A stretch of DNA of 64,000 nucleotides from Haplodiscus bocki (Eukaryota), in NCBI GenBank assembly GCA_965655095.1, contig OZ296659.1, positions 64,108,001-64,172,000 of the forward strand. The letters are read 5' to 3'. The notes under the pieces were generated by a model that saw nothing but the letters and a program-made list of their open reading frames with translations, had not been told where the DNA came from and ran no database searches. Position 1 is the stretch's first letter. Every line of letters begins with the position of its first letter. Made by a program: the position numbers and the translations under genes. Below are positions 26,801-41,774 of the stretch, one piece after another.

Positions 26801-29800
26801 TCTGACATTTTTTGGGAACAAATAAGTTTAACCATAGTTGGGCTGTGAAGTAAAGCGTTGGCCAACAACATGATTTACCGATCAAATAATTGAGTTAGAG
26901 ACACTGTGACAGATACTTGTCTCAATTCACCATTTTCGGGCAAACATTTCATTGACAAGTGGTTTTATGCCTTTTGGCACCGAAAACAAACTTTACAGTC
27001 TTAATCTGAAATCCTAGTAATTGTTTTTGGACAATGAGGCAGATTTCAGGTTTTTTCCGAGTTAAACTTTTGCTCGGAAGTTTTCGTTTTGCTTTCGGCT
27101 GCTTCTACCCGGTTTTCATGGCTACTATTGTTTCGGAAATCTGGCGATTTCTTGCTAGCGTGGCGAAGTTGTGCGCCGCCTCTGCTTTGAATGCTTGCAA
27201 AGGTTTGATTGGAGGAATGATGAATTGAAACACGATTGGAGTCGAGCTACCAATGGAACTAGTTATCAGTATTTTTCGTAGTATGTTGGCGCTTCAAAAA
27301 TCAGGTACAAAAGTTCTAGTGATTAATTTTTTTGGCGTTTTGTACTTGTTTCCAAATTATGAATTTACGGGAAACAACTGTTTTTCCCTACAAATGTTAT
27401 CAGTAGCAGTTTTTTTGGACGACTCTCTTTAGATTACCGAAGCGAGTTGATGAGTTGAGGTACTGTAAAATAGTGGGCTTCGCTCATTTGTGCCATCTAG
27501 TACCACTCTGAATGAGTTTTTCCTCGAGTATAAGCAAGGAGAGCGTAGGTAGACTTTCTTTCTTCATTCCACTGCTCTACAAACTCGGGGTTTTTGGAAA
27601 CTGTCATTGAAGGGCGTTTGGTTTTTTTTCAAACTTCAGACTCATTTATATTGAAGAAATGCAGACGTACTTTTCTCATCGCAAGCGTCATCTCTGTGAC
27701 CAAATCGAGTGAGCAAGTTGGTTTTGGAATTTTTCGCCGTTTGCTGTGGAAACAGTTTATTTTTTGTCGAGCTCTCGGGTACCACTGAAAAACCAAGTTT
27801 ACATATCTTTTTCTGAAGAATTAGTGGCTGTTTGCCGATGAAAGTCTACAGAATTGATTCCGCAGTTTGCTGAACATCATTATGCCACACTCATCGTGTT
27901 ATCAGCTGAATTTGAACTTTTTGTCGGAGTTTTGCAAAAATTTATGGCGCTTTGGTACGGTATAAAAACGGATATGGAACCATTCTCAATCCGAATGGTA
28001 CTCGCACTCGATGGCTGTTTTGGCTAATTACGTCGGTCGGATCTCGCAATTGAACTTTCACAGGCTGGGGTAGTCCTTTCTTCAAGTGGCAGAACATGAT
28101 CTTTATGCATAGGCTTCAAAATGTTCGAGAAACTGGGAAGGCTCCCTTCTATATGTTTCACTGTTGTGTAACTCTTCTGCATAGGGCAAATGCGAACGCT
28201 CTCGGTAGCAGACCCTCCTACTTCGCTAGAAGATGTAAGTTTTTGTCAGGGGAACAAACTTCTTCAGCCAGCATTGTGAACTAAGTTTTCGAGCACAATT
28301 AAAAACCAACGAGGAAGTTAGGTACGAATTGTGGAAGACTTAACTTTGAGTCATTCCGAAGCCCGGATTTTTCTGGGGTTTTTTTTCTTGTGACGGTCTT
28401 TGAGACATTTCTCTCATTAATTTTGTTGCGCATTGTATCGTTAGTGATTGTTTTTCTGAAGGTTTTGACCATTTTCGAGGTTTCTATGTCTTCCTCAAGT
28501 CTTTTCTCCTGCTTAAAACACTGAAGTTACTCTTACAAAAGGCGAATGAAACGGTAACGAAGATTATTAGTTAGTTGGCACAAAGACTTCGATACCTATC
28601 ATTTTCGTTGTTCAACGCATCGCTGACAAGCATGCAGGAACTCTTGGTTGAAAACATGCTTAGCTGTAGTAGACGTTTCAGTCTGGAAGCATCTTCAAAA
28701 CTAGATGTCACTGGTTCCATTTTCTGCAGGAAGTCATAGAAAATAAAGGGAGTTTTGGAAGCTGCCCTGCAAGAATCCCTACGCCATCTGGATTTGCGTG
28801 GTTGAATGGCATCCTTTTCCTTAAGATGATTTCAATTACGTCGGGAAATTGGGTTTTGATATAGACAGCAACAACCATACGGTGTTATTTTCGCTCCGTT
28901 TGATGGAATTTCAATGCAATGGGTCTCCTGATAATATAGCTTTCCGTTTTTCAAAAAAGGTTTTTTTGAAACATTTTTGCCAACAAGGTTGAAAGGTAGC
29001 TGTACTTTCCCCAGGGTGCAAAAGCTTGTGTTTTTCACTCGTCATCTGGTATGCTAGCTACCTTATTGAACGTTCCAGGCCTTATTTAAGCATTGTCTGA
29101 GAATTTTCGAAAGACTCTGATGTCGATAGAGAGGAATTAATAAGCATTCCTCTAATGAGCTCTTCAATGATTCTTGGAAGTTGTCAGTGTTTCTTGCTAG
29201 AATCTTTGAAAAAAGCTTCAGTGCTACGATCCTTCGAGAGAAACAAGGTTCTTGAAATACTAGAAGAGTAATGCATTTTGTGGCGTGAAGTGCCAACTTT
29301 CAGTCTACGGTAAACCGACGTATCAAAAACGTCTCGCCTCTTTTTTCAGACCATGAATGTATATATGATTTCTTCAACTTTGGGCAATGAAATGGTGTTT
29401 TGTAAACCAAGTTCAGAACGGCTAATTTGTCTCAAAGTACTTGCAGGGGAGAGGCTTCGATGTTTAGCAATTTTTTTGCTTCCGAAAAATTCGCTATTTC
29501 ATCGTAATCCTGCAAAAGAATTTTTAACTCGTAGTGCGGAAAGAATTCCTTTCAGGTACACATGGCAATGTCATTAAGTCCGTAGTGATCTGAATGGCAA
29601 GGTATGGTTTAGGTGGAATAGTGCGTGTGTTCGGAGTATCACTGAAAAATTAGAAAATATTCTGGTGTTGGAAAGTGTAAAATAATTTTTTTCGACCCAA
29701 GGGCCAAAACATTTTGGCAAAAACTTCTTGATGGGGTGTTGCCGAAAATTGTTTTGACATCTTACGCCGTTTCGCACCCAAAACAAACTTTGCAGTCTTT

Positions 29801-30230
29801 ATCCGAAATCCTAGTAATGGTTTTTGGACAGTAACGCAGATTTCTGTTTTTTTCGAGGTAAACGTTTGCTCGGAAGGTTTCGTTTTGCTTTTGGCTGCTT
29901 CTACCCGGTTTTCTATGGTTACTATTTTTTCGGAAATGTGGCGGTTTTTTTCTGGCGTGGCGAAGTTATGCGCCGCCTCTATTTTAAATGCTTGCAAAAG
30001 TTTGATTGGAGGAATGATGAATTGAACACGATTGGGGTCGAACTACCGATGGAACTAGTTATCAATTTTTTTCGTAGTATCTTGGAGCTTCAAAAATTAG
30101 TTTCGAAATTTCTAGCGATTAATTTTTTCGGCGTTTTTTAATTGTTCCCAAATTATGAATGTACGGTAAACAACTGATTTTCCCTACACATGTTATCAGT
30201 AGCAGTTTTTTTTGGACGACTCTCTTTAAA

Positions 30231-32314
30231 TAATCGTAATCGTGCCGAGGAATTTTTGAATCGGAGTGCGGAAAGAATTCCTTTGTGGTACACTTAGCAA
30301 TGTCATTAAGTCCCTAGTGACCTGACTCGCAAGGTATGGGTTAGGTGGAATAGTGCGTGTATTCGGGGGTATCACGAAAAATTCGGAAATCTTTCTGGTG
30401 GTGAGAAGTGTAGAATAAACTTTTTTGGATCCAAGGGCCAAATGTTTTTCCAAAAAGGTCGTAGGGGGTATTACAAAATTTTGTTTTGATAGCGCTGCTC
30501 GAAATTTTTTTTGAAATAAAATTGGGGTGTAACGTAGGTTTTCATATTCTACTGGTTGGGAAAAGGGTTGAAAGGCGAAAAATTTCGTCAGTTCTAAGTC
30601 TTAAGTGTCGGCTAGTAAAAACGGTGATCACGGACCGATCTCTGTCATTTTTTGGGAACAAATAAGTTTAACCATAGTTGGGCTGTGAAGTAAAGCGTTG
30701 GCCAACAACATGATTTACCGATCAAATAATTGAGTTAGAGACACTGTGACAGATACTTGTCTCAATTCATCATTTTCGGGCAAACATTTCATTGACAAGT
30801 GGTTTTATGCCTTTTGGCACCGAAAACAAACTTTACAGTCTTAATCTGAAATCCTAGTAATTGTTTTTGGACAATGAGGCAGATTTCAGGTTTTTTCCGT
30901 GTTAAACTTTCGCTCGGAAGTTTTCGTTTTGCTTTCGGCTGCTTCTACCCGGTTTTCATGGCTACTATTGTTTCGGAAATCTGGCGATTTCTTTCTAGCG
31001 TGGCGAAGTTGTGCGCCGCCTCTGCTTTGAATGCTTGCAAAGGTTTGATTGGAGGAATGATGAATTGAACACGATTGGGGTCGAACTACCGATGGAACTA
31101 GTTATCAATTTTTTTCGTAGTATCTTGGAGCTTCAAAAATTAGTTTCGAAATTTCTAGCGATTAATTTTTTCGGCGTTTTTTAATTGTTCCCAAATTATG
31201 AATGTACGGTAAACAACTGATTTTCCCTACACATGTTATCAGTAGCAGTTTTTTTGGACGACTCTCTTTAAATAATCGTAATCGTGCCGAGGAATTTTTG
31301 AATCGGAGTGCGGAAAGAATTCCTTTGTGGTACACTTAGCAATGTCATTAAGTCCCTAGTGACCTGACTCGCAAGGTATGGGTTAGGTGGAATAGTGCGT
31401 GTATTCGGGGGTATCACGAAAAATTCGGAAATCTTTCTGGTGGTGAGAAGTGTAGAATAAACTTTTTTGGATCCAAGGGCCAAATGTTTTTCCAAAAAGG
31501 TCGTAGGGGGTATTACAAAATTTTGTTTTGATAGCGCTGCTCGAAATTTTTTTTGAAATAAAATTGGGGTGTAACGTAGGTTTTCATATTCTACTGGTTG
31601 GGAAAAGGGTTGAAAGGCGAAAAATTTCGTCAGTTCTAAGTCTTAAGTGTCGGCTAGTAAAAACGGTGATCACGGACCGATCTCTGTCATTTTTTGGGAA
31701 CAAATAAGTTTAACCATAGTTGGGCTGTGAAGTAAAGCGTTGGCCAACAACATGATTTACCGATCAAATAATTGAGTTAGAGACACTGTGACAGATACTT
31801 GTCTCAATTCATCATTTTCGGGCAAACATTTCATTGACAAGTGGTTTTATGCCTTTTGGCACCGAAAACAAACTTTACAGTCTTAATCTGAAATCCTAGT
31901 AATTGTTTTTGGACAATGAGGCAGATTTCAGGTTTTTTCCGAGTTAAACTTTTGCTCGGAAGTTTTCGTTTTGCTTTCGGCTGCTTCTACCCGGTTTTCA
32001 TGGCTACTATTGTTTCGGAAATCTGGCGATTTCTTGCTAGCGTGGCGAAGTTGTGCGCCGCCTCTGCTTTGAATGCTTGCAAAGGTTTGATTGGAGGAAT
32101 GATGAATTGAAACACGATTGGAGTCGAGCTACCAATGGAACTAGTTATCAGTATTTTTCGTAGTATGTTGGCGCTTCAAAAATCAGGTACAAAAGTTCTA
32201 GTGATTAATTTTTTTGGCGTTTTGTACTTGTTTCCAAATTATGAATTTACGGGAAACAACTGTTTTTCCCTACAAATGTTATCAGTAGCAGTTTTTTTGG
32301 ACGACTCTCTTTAG
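30231..32314. repeat. Two tandem copies of the 1,042-bp sub-unit
   Basis: The same junction occurs at ~30231 and ~31273. ORF pairs 30226/31268 and 30874/31916 are 1042 bp apart. Confidence 0.9.
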
Positions 32315-35300
32315 ATTACCGAAGCGAGTTGATGAGTTGAGGTACTGTAAAATAGTGGGCTTCGCTCATTTGTGCCATCTAGTACCACTCTGAATGAGTT
32401 TTTCCTCGAGTATAAGCAAGGAGAGCGTAGGTAGACTTTCTTTCTTCATTCCACTGCTCTACAAACTCGGGGTTTTTGGAAACTGTCATTGAAGGGCGTT
32501 TGGTTTTTTTTCAAACTTCAGACTCATTTTTATTGAAAAAATGCAGACGTACTTTTCTCATCGCAAGCGTCATCTCTGTGACCAAATCGAGTGAGCAAGT
32601 TGGTTTTGGAATTTTTCGCCGTTTGCTGTGGAAACAGTTTATTTTTTGTCGAGCTCTCGGGTACCACTGAAAAACCAAGTTTACATATCTTTTTCTGAAG
32701 AATTAGTGGCTGTTTGCCGATGAAAGTCTACAGAATTGATTCCGCAGTTTGCTGAACATCATTATGCCACACTCATCGTGTTATCAGCTGAATTTGAACT
32801 TTTTGTCGGAGTTTTGCAAAAATTTATGGCGCTTTGGTACGGTATAAAAACGGATATGGAACCATTCTCAATCCGAATGGTACTCGCACTCGATGGCTGT
32901 TTTGGCTAATTACGTCGGTCGGATCTCACAATTGAACTTTCACAGGCTGGGGTAGTCCTTTCTTCAAGTGGCAGAACATGATCTTTATGCATAGGCTTCA
33001 AAATGTTCGAGAAACTGGGAAGGCTCCCTTCTATATGTTTCACTGTTGTGTAACTCTTCTGCATAGGGCAAATGCGAACGCTCTCGGTAGCAGACCCTCC
33101 TACTTCGCTAGAAGATGTAAGTTTTTGTCAGGGGAACAAACTTCTTCAGCCAGCATTGTGAACTAAGTGTTCGAGCACAATTAAAAACCAACGAGGAAGT
33201 TAGGTAGCAATTGTGGAAGACTTAACTTTGAGTCATTCCGGACCCCGGATTTTTTTGGGTTTTTTTTTCTTGTGACCGTCTTTGAGACTTTTCTCCGCCA
33301 GTAATTTTGTTGCACATTGTATCGTTAGTGATTGTTTTTCTGAAAGGTTTTGACCATTTTCGAGGTTGCTATGTCTTCCTCAAGTCTTTTCTCCTGCTTA
33401 AAACACTGAAATTACTCCTACAAAAGGCAAATGAAACGGTAACGAAGTTTAATAGTTAGTCGGCACAAAGACTTCGATACCTACATTTTCATTGTTCAAC
33501 GCATCGCTGACTATCATGCAGGAACTCGTGATTGAAAACCTGTTTAACTGTAGGATACAACGTTTCAGTCTCGAGCCTGTTCAAAACTAGGTGTCACTGG
33601 TTTCATTTTCTGCTGGACTTCATAAAGTGAATTGATTTTCTGTGAGCTGCCCTGCAAGAATCGCTTCGCCATCTAGAATAGCGTGGTTGAATGGCATCCT
33701 TTTCCTTGACAGGATTTCAAGTGCGTCGAGAAAATGGGTTTTGATACGGACAACAGCAACCGTACGGTGATTCTTCTGCTCCGTTTGAAGGAGTTTCAAT
33801 GCAATGGGTCTCCTGGTAATTTACTTTTCCGGTTTTCAAAAAAGTTTTTCTGAAACATTTTCCCAGCAAGATTAAAAGGTAGCTGTACTTTCCCTAGGGT
33901 GCCAAATCTTGTAATTTTCACTCGTTACCTGGTGTGATAGCTACGTTATTGAACGTTCCGGACCTGATTTGAGCATTGTCTGAGGATTTTTGAAAGATTC
34001 TGATGTCGATAGGGAAATTTCAATAACAATCATTCCTCTAAGCTCATCAATGATTCTTGGAAGATGTCAGTGATTCTGGCTAGAATCTTTGAAGAAATAA
34101 ATACTGCAAGAGTCTTACGAAAGAAAAAATGTTCCTGAAATATGAGTCGAAGAATAATGCATTGCCTTGCAAGCTCTTGCAAGACATCTGTGCAGATTCT
34201 TGCAAGAAGTGCCCACTTTTAAGTCTACGGTAAATCGACGTATCATTAACGTCTTTTTTTCAGACCATGAATGTATATGTGGATTTCTTCAACTTTGGGC
34301 AATGAAATGGCGTTTTGTAAACCCAGCCGGGAACGGCTAAGTCGTCTCAAAATACTTGCAGGGGAGAGGCTTGCTTGTATAGCAAGTTTTTTTGCTTTCG
34401 GAATATTCGCTACTTCATCGTAATCGTGCCGAAGAATTTTTGAATCGGAGTGCGGTAAGAATTCCTTTGTGGTACTCTTAGCAATGTCATTAAGTCCCTA
34501 GTTACCTGACTCGCAAGGTATGGGTTAGGTGGAATAGTGCGTGTATTCGGGGGTATCACGAAAAATTTGGAAATCTTTCTGGTGGTGAGAAGTGTAGAAT
34601 AAACTTTTTTGGATCCAAGGGCCAAATGTTTTTCCAAAAAGGTCGTAGGGGGTATTACAAAATTTTGTTTTGATAGCGCTGCTCGAAATTTTTTTTGAAA
34701 TAAAATTGGGGTGTAACGTAGGTTTTCATATTCTACTGGTTGGGAAAAGGGTTGAAAGGCGAAAAATTTCGTCAGTTCTAAGTCTTAAGTGTCGGCTAGT
34801 AAAAACGGTGATCACGGACCGATCTCTGACATTTTTTGGGAACAAATAAGTTTAACCATAGTTGGGCTGTGAAGTAAAGCGTTGGCCAACAACATGATTT
34901 ACCGATCAAATAATTGAGTTAGAGACACTGTGACAGATACTTGTCTCAATTCACCATTTTCGGGCAAACATTTCATTGACAAGTGGTTTTATGCCTTTTG
35001 GCACCGAAAACAAACTTTACTGTCTTAATCTGAAATCCTAGTAATTGTTTTTGGACAATGAGGCAGATTTCAGGTTTTTTCCGAGTTAAACTTTTGCTCG
35101 GAAGTTTTCGTTTTGCTTTCGGCTGCTTCTACCCGGTTTTCATGGCTACTATTGTTTCGGAAATCTGGCGATTTCTTGCTAGCGTGGCGAAGTTGTGCGC
35201 CGCCTCTGCTTTGAATGCTTGCAAAGGTTTGATTGGAGGAATGATGAATTGAAACACGATTGGAGTCGAGCTACCAATGGAACTAGTTATCAGTATTTTT

Positions 35301-38300
35301 CGTAGTATGTTGGCGCTTCAAAAATCAGGTACAAAAGTTCTAGTGATTAATTTTTTTGGCGTTTTGTACTTGTTTCCAAATTATGAATTTACGGGAAACA
35401 ACTGTTTTTCCCTACAAATGTTATCAGTAGCAGTTTTTTTGGACGACTCTCTTTAGATTACCGAAGGGAGTTGATGAGTTGAGGTACTGTAAAATAGTGG
35501 GCTTCACTCATCTGTGCCATCTAGTACCACTCCGAATGAGTTTTTCCTCGAGTATAAGCAAGGAGAGCGTACGTAGACTTTGTTTCTTCATTCCACTGCT
35601 CTACAAACGCGGGGTTTTTGGAAACTGTCATTGAAGGGCGTTTGGGTTTTTTTCAAACTTCAGACTCATTTATATTGAAAAAATGCAGACGTACGTTTCC
35701 CATTGCAAGCGTCATCTCTGTGACCAAATCCAGTGGACAAGTTGGTTTTGCAATTTTTCGCCGTTTGCTGTGGAAACAGTTTTTTTTTCGAGCTCTCGGG
35801 TACCACTGAAAAACCAAGAATACGTATTTTTTCTGAAGAAGTAATGGCTGTTTGCCGAGGAAAATCTACAGAATTCAATCTCGCAGTTTGCTGAACATCA
35901 ATATGCCACACTCATCGTGTTATCAGCTGAATTTGAACTTTTTGTCGGAGTTTTGCAAAAATTTATGGCGCTTTGATACGGTATAAAAACGGATATGGAA
36001 CCATTCTCAATCCGAATGGTACTCGCACTCGATGGCTGTTTTGGCTAATTACGTCGGTCGGATCTCACGATTGAACTTTCACAGGCTGGGGTAGTCCTTT
36101 CTTCAAGTGGCAGAACATGATCTTTATGCATAGGCTTCAAAATGTTCGAGAAACTGGGAAGGCTCCCGTCTATATGTTTCACTGTTGTGTAACTCTTCTG
36201 CATAGGGCAAATGCGAACGCTCTCGGTAGCAGACCCTCCTACTTCGCTAGAAGATGTAAGTTTTTGTCAGGGGAACAAACTTCTTCAGCCAGCATTGTGA
36301 ACTAAGTGTTCGAGCACAATTAAAAACCAACGAGGAAGTTAGGTAGCAATTGTGGAAGACTTAACTTTGAGTCATTCCGGACCCCGGATTTTTTTGGGTT
36401 TTTTTTTCTTGTGACCGTCTTTGAGACTTTTCTCCGCCAGTAATTTTGTTGCACATTGTATCGTTAGTGATTGTTTTTCTGAAAGGTTTTGACCATTTTC
36501 GAGGTTGCTATGTCTTCCTCAAGTCTTTTCTCCTGCTTAAAACACTGAAATTACTCCTACAAAAGGCAAATGAAACGGTAACGAAGTTTAATAGTTAGTC
36601 GGCACAAAGACTTCGATACCTACCATTTTCATTGTTCAACGCATCGCTGACTATCATGCAGGAACTCGTGATTGAAAACCTGTTTAACTGTAGGATACAA
36701 CGTTTCAGTCTCGAGCCTGTTCAAAACTAGGTGTCACTGGTTTCATTTTCTGCTGGACTTCATAAAGTGAATTGATTTTCTGTGAGCTGCCCTGCAAGAA
36801 TCGCTTCGCCATCTAGAATAGCGTGGTTGAATGGCATCCTTTTCCTTGACAGGATTTCAAGTGCGTCGAGAAAATGGGTTTTGATACGGACAACAGCAAC
36901 CGTACGGTGATTCTTCTGCTCCGTTTGAAGGAGTTTCAATGCAATGGGTCTCCTGGTAATTTACTTTTCCGGTTTTCAAAAAAGTTTTTCTGAAACATTT
37001 TCCCAGCAAGATTAAAAGGTAGCTGTACTTTCCCTAGGGTGCCAAATCTTGTAATTTTCACTCGTTACCTGGTGTGATAGCTACCTTATTGAACGTTCTA
37101 GGCCTTATTTAAGCATTGTCTGAGAATTTTCGAAAGACTCTGATGTCGATAGAGAGGAATTAATAAGCATTCCTCTAATGAGCTCTTCAATGATTCTTGG
37201 AAGTTGTCAGTGTTTCTTGCTAGAATCTTTGAAAAAAGCTTCACTGCAACAATCCTTCGAGAGAAACAAGGTTCTTGAAATACTAGAAGAGTAATGCATT
37301 TTCTGGCGTGAAGTGCCAACTTTCAGTCTACGGTAAACCGACGTATCAAAAACGTCTCGCCGCTTTTTTCAGACCATGAATGTATATGTGGACTTCTTCA
37401 ACTTTGGGCAATGAAATGGCGTTTTGTAAACCAAGTTGAGAACGGCTAACTTGTCTCAAAGTACTTGCAGGGGAGAGGCTTCGATGTTTAGCTAATTTTT
37501 TGCTTTCGAAATTATCGCTACTTCATCGTAATCATGCAAAGTAACTTTTAAATCGGAGTGCGTAAAGAATTCATTTGTGGTACACTTAGCAGTGTCATCA
37601 AGTCCGTAGTGATGAATCGCAAGGTATGGGTTATGTGGAATATTGCGTGTTTTGCGGGTATCACGGAAATTTTGAAAATCTTTCCGTTGGTGGGATAGAA
37701 TAAAGTTTTTTGGATCCAAGGGCCAAAACTATCTGCCAAGAACGTCCTAGGCGTGTTACAAAAAATTGTTTTGACATCTGTCTCCTCGAATTTTTACGAA
37801 TTGAAACGGGTGTCATGAGGTTTTTTGTATTCTACTGATTCGGACAGAGATTCAAAAGCAAAAATGTTCGATTTGGTATCTGCTATATGTTGAAAGTGGA
37901 TATGCTTTTCGAATTGTGTCTTGGAAGATTTGTGCTAAGTTCTAAGTATGAAGTGGCTGTTAGAAATAACGTTGATTACGGACCGATCTTTTTCATTATT
38001 TAAGAACAAATAAGTTTTACGATAGTTGGGCTTTGAAATAAAGCGACTACCAAAAACATGATTTGCCGATCAGATGTTTGAGTTGGAGACATTGTGACCG
38101 ATGCTTGTCTGAATTCATCATTTTCGGGCAAACATTTCATTGACAAGTGGTCTTATGCCTTTTGGCACCGAAAACAAACTTTGCAGTCTTAGGCCGAAAT
38201 CCTAATGGTTTTTGGACAATGAGGCAGATTTCAGGTTTTTTCCGAGTTAAACTTTTGCTCGGAAGTTTTCGTTTTGCTTTCGGCTGCTTCTACCCGGTTT

Positions 38301-41300
38301 TCATGGCTACTATTGTTTCGGAAATCTGGCGATTTCTTTCTAGCGTGGCGAAGTTATGCGCCGCCTCTGTTTTGAATGCTTGCAAAGGTTTGATTGGAGG
38401 AATGATGAATTGAAACACGATTGGAGTCGAGCTACCAATGGAACTAGTTATCAGTATTTTTCGTAGTATGTTGGCGCTTCAAAAATCAGTTACAAAAGTT
38501 CTAGTGATTAATTTTTTTGGCGTTTTGTACTTGTTTCCAAATTATGAATTTACGGGAAACAACTGTTTTTCCCTACAAATGTTATCAGTAGCAGTTTTTT
38601 TGGACGACTCTCTTTAGATTACCGAAGCGAGTTGATGAGTTGAGGTACTGTAAAATAGTGGGCTTCACTCATCTGTGCCATCTAGTACCACTCCGAATGA
38701 GTTTTTCCTCGAGTATAAGCAAGGAGAGCGTACGTAGACTTTGTTTCTTCATTCCACTGCTCTAAAAACGCGGGGTTTTTGGAAACTGTCATTGAAGGGC
38801 GTTTGGGTTTTTTTCAAACTTCAGACTCATTTATATTGAAAAAATGCAGACGTACATTTCTCATTGCAAGCGTCATCTCTGTGACCAAATCCAGTGGACA
38901 AGTTGGTTTTGCAATTTTTCGCCGTTTGCTGTGGAAACAGTTTTTTTTTCGAGCTCTCGGGTACCACTGAAAAACCAAGAATACGTATTTTTTCTGAAGA
39001 AGTAATGGCTGTTTGCCGAGGAAAATCTACAGAATTCAATTTCGCAGTTTGCTGAACATCAATATGCCACACTCATCGTGTTATCAGCTGAATTTGAACT
39101 TTTTGTCGGAGTTTTGCAAAAATTTATGGCGCTTTGATACGGTATAAAAACGGATATGGAACCATTCTCAATCCGAATGGTACTCGCACTCGATGGCTGT
39201 TTTGGCTAATTTACGTCGGTCGGATCTCACAATTGAACTTTCACAGGGTGGGGTTGTCCTTTCTTCAAGTGGCAGAACATGATCTTTATGCATAGGCTTC
39301 AAAATGTTCGAGAAACTGGGAAGGCTCCCATCTATATGTTTCACAGTTGTGCAACTCTTCTGCATAGGGCAAATGCGAACGCTCTCCGTTGCAGATCCCT
39401 CCTACTTCGCTAGAAATTGTGTGTTATTGTCAAGAGAACAAATTTCTTCAGCCAGCATTGTGAACTAAGTGTTCGAGCACAATTAAAAACCAACGAGGAA
39501 GTTAGGTACGAATCGTGTGAGGCTTAACTTTGAGTCTTTCCTAAACCGAGCCTTTTTGGGTTTTTTCTTGTGACCGTCTTTGAGACATATCTCAGAATTT
39601 TGTTACGCATTGTACCGTTAATGAATGTTTTTGTGGAAGGTTTTGACCAATTTCGAAGTTGCTATGTCCTCCTTAAGTCTTTTGTCCTGCCTAAAACACT
39701 GAAATTACTCTTACAAAACGCGAATGAAACGGTAACGAAGATTAATAGTCGGCACAAAGACTTCGATACCTATCATTTTCATTGTTCAACGCATCGCTGA
39801 CTAGCATGCAGGAAATCTTGATTGAAAACCTGTTTATCTGTAGGATAGAACGTTTCAGTCTCCAGCATGTTCAAAACTAGATATCACTGGTTTGATTTCC
39901 TGCAGGAATTCATGGAACGAAGTGATTTCGTGTGAGTTGCACTGCAAGAATCGCTACGCCATCTGGAATAGCGTGGTTGAATAGCATTGTTTTCCCTAAG
40001 AGGATTTCAGATGCGTCGAAAAAATGGGTTCTGATATTGACAGCAACAACCATACGGTGAGAATTTCGCTCCGTTTGAAGGAGTTTCAATGCAATGGGTC
40101 TCCGGGTAATTTAGTTTTCCGATTTTCAAAAAAGGTTTTTTCTAAAACATTTTTGCCAGCGAAATTGAAAGGTCGCTGTACTTTCCCCATGGTGCCAAAG
40201 CTTGTATTTTTCACTCGTCATCTGGTATGCTAAGTACCTTACTGAACGTTCCAGATCTGATTTAAGCATTGTCTGAGGATTTCCGAAAGGTTCTGATGAC
40301 GATAGAGAAGAATTAATGACAAGCTTTCCTCTAAGCTCTTCAGTGATTCTTGGAAGATGTCAGTGTTTCTTGCTGGAATCTTTGATAAAACCTTAACTGC
40401 AACAATCTTTCGGAAGGAACAAGGTTCTTGAAGTACGAGAAAAATATGCATTTCTTTGCGTGAAGTGCTAGCTTTTAAGTCTACGATAAACCCGACGTAT
40501 CAAAAACGTCTCGCTGCTTTTTTTCAGACCATGAATGTATATGTGGACTTCTTCAACTTTGGGCAATGAAATGGCGTTTTGTAAACCAAGTTGAGAACGG
40601 CTAACTTGTCTCAAAGTACTTGCAGGGGAGAGGCTTCGATGTTTAGCTAATTTTTTGCTTTCGAAATTATCGCTACTTCATCGTAATCATGCAAAGTAAC
40701 TTTTAAATCGGAGTGCGTAAAGAATTCATTTGTGGTACACTTAGCAGTGTCATCAAGTCCGTAGTGATGAATCGCAAGGTATGGGTTATGTGGAATATTG
40801 CGTGTTTTGCGGGTATCACGGAAATTTTGAAAATCTTTCCGTTGGTGGGATAGAATAAAGTTTTTTGGATCCAAGGGCCAAAACTATCTGCCAAGAACGT
40901 CCTAGGCGTGTTACAAAAAATTGTTTTGACATCTGTCTCCTCGAATTTTTACGAATTGAAACGGGTGTCATGAGGTTTTTTGTATTCTACTGATTCGGAC
41001 AGAGATTCAAAAGCAAAAATGTTCGATTTGGTATCTGCTATATGTTGAAAGTGGATATGCTTTTCGAATTGTGTCTTGGAAGATTTGTGCTAAGTTCTAA
41101 GTATGAAGTGGCTGTTAGAAATAACGTTGATTACGGACCGATCTTTTTCATTATTTAAGAACAAATAAGTTTTACGATAGTTGGGCTTTGAAATAAAGCG
41201 ACTACCAAAAACATGATTTGCCGATCAGATGTTTGAGTTGGAGACATTGTGACCGATGCTTGTCTGAATTCATCATTTTCGGGCAAACATTTCATTGACA

Positions 41301-41774
41301 AGTGGTCTTATGCCTTTTGGCACCGAAAACAAACTTTGCAGTCTTAGGCCGAAATCCTAATGGTTTTTGGACAATGAGGCAGGTTTCAGGTTTTTTCCGA
41401 GTTAAACTTTTGCTCGGAAGTTTTCGTTTTGCTTTCGGCTGCTTCTACCCGGTTTTCATGGCTACTATTGTTTCGGAAATCTGGCGATTTCTTTCTAGCG
41501 TGGCGAAGTTATGCGCCGCCTCTCCTTTGAATGCTTGCAAAGGTTTGATTGGAGGAATGATGAATTGAAACACGATTGGAGTCGAGCTACCAATGGAACT
41601 AGTTATCAGTATTTTTCGTAGTATGTTGGCGCTTCAAAAATCAGTTACAAAAGTTCTAGTGATTAATTTTTTTGGCGTTTTGTACTTGTTCCCAAATTAT
41701 GAATGTACGGTAAACAACTGATTTTCCCTACACATGTTATCAGTAGCAGTTTTTTTTGGACGACTCTCTTTAAA

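Noticed and set aside
38140-38160. Helitron rolling-circle concatemer as the origin of the array (junction starts with TC)
   Set aside because: No CTRR 3' end or GC-rich subterminal hairpin precedes the junction on either strand, and no RepHel motifs were seen. Not excluded but unsupported.
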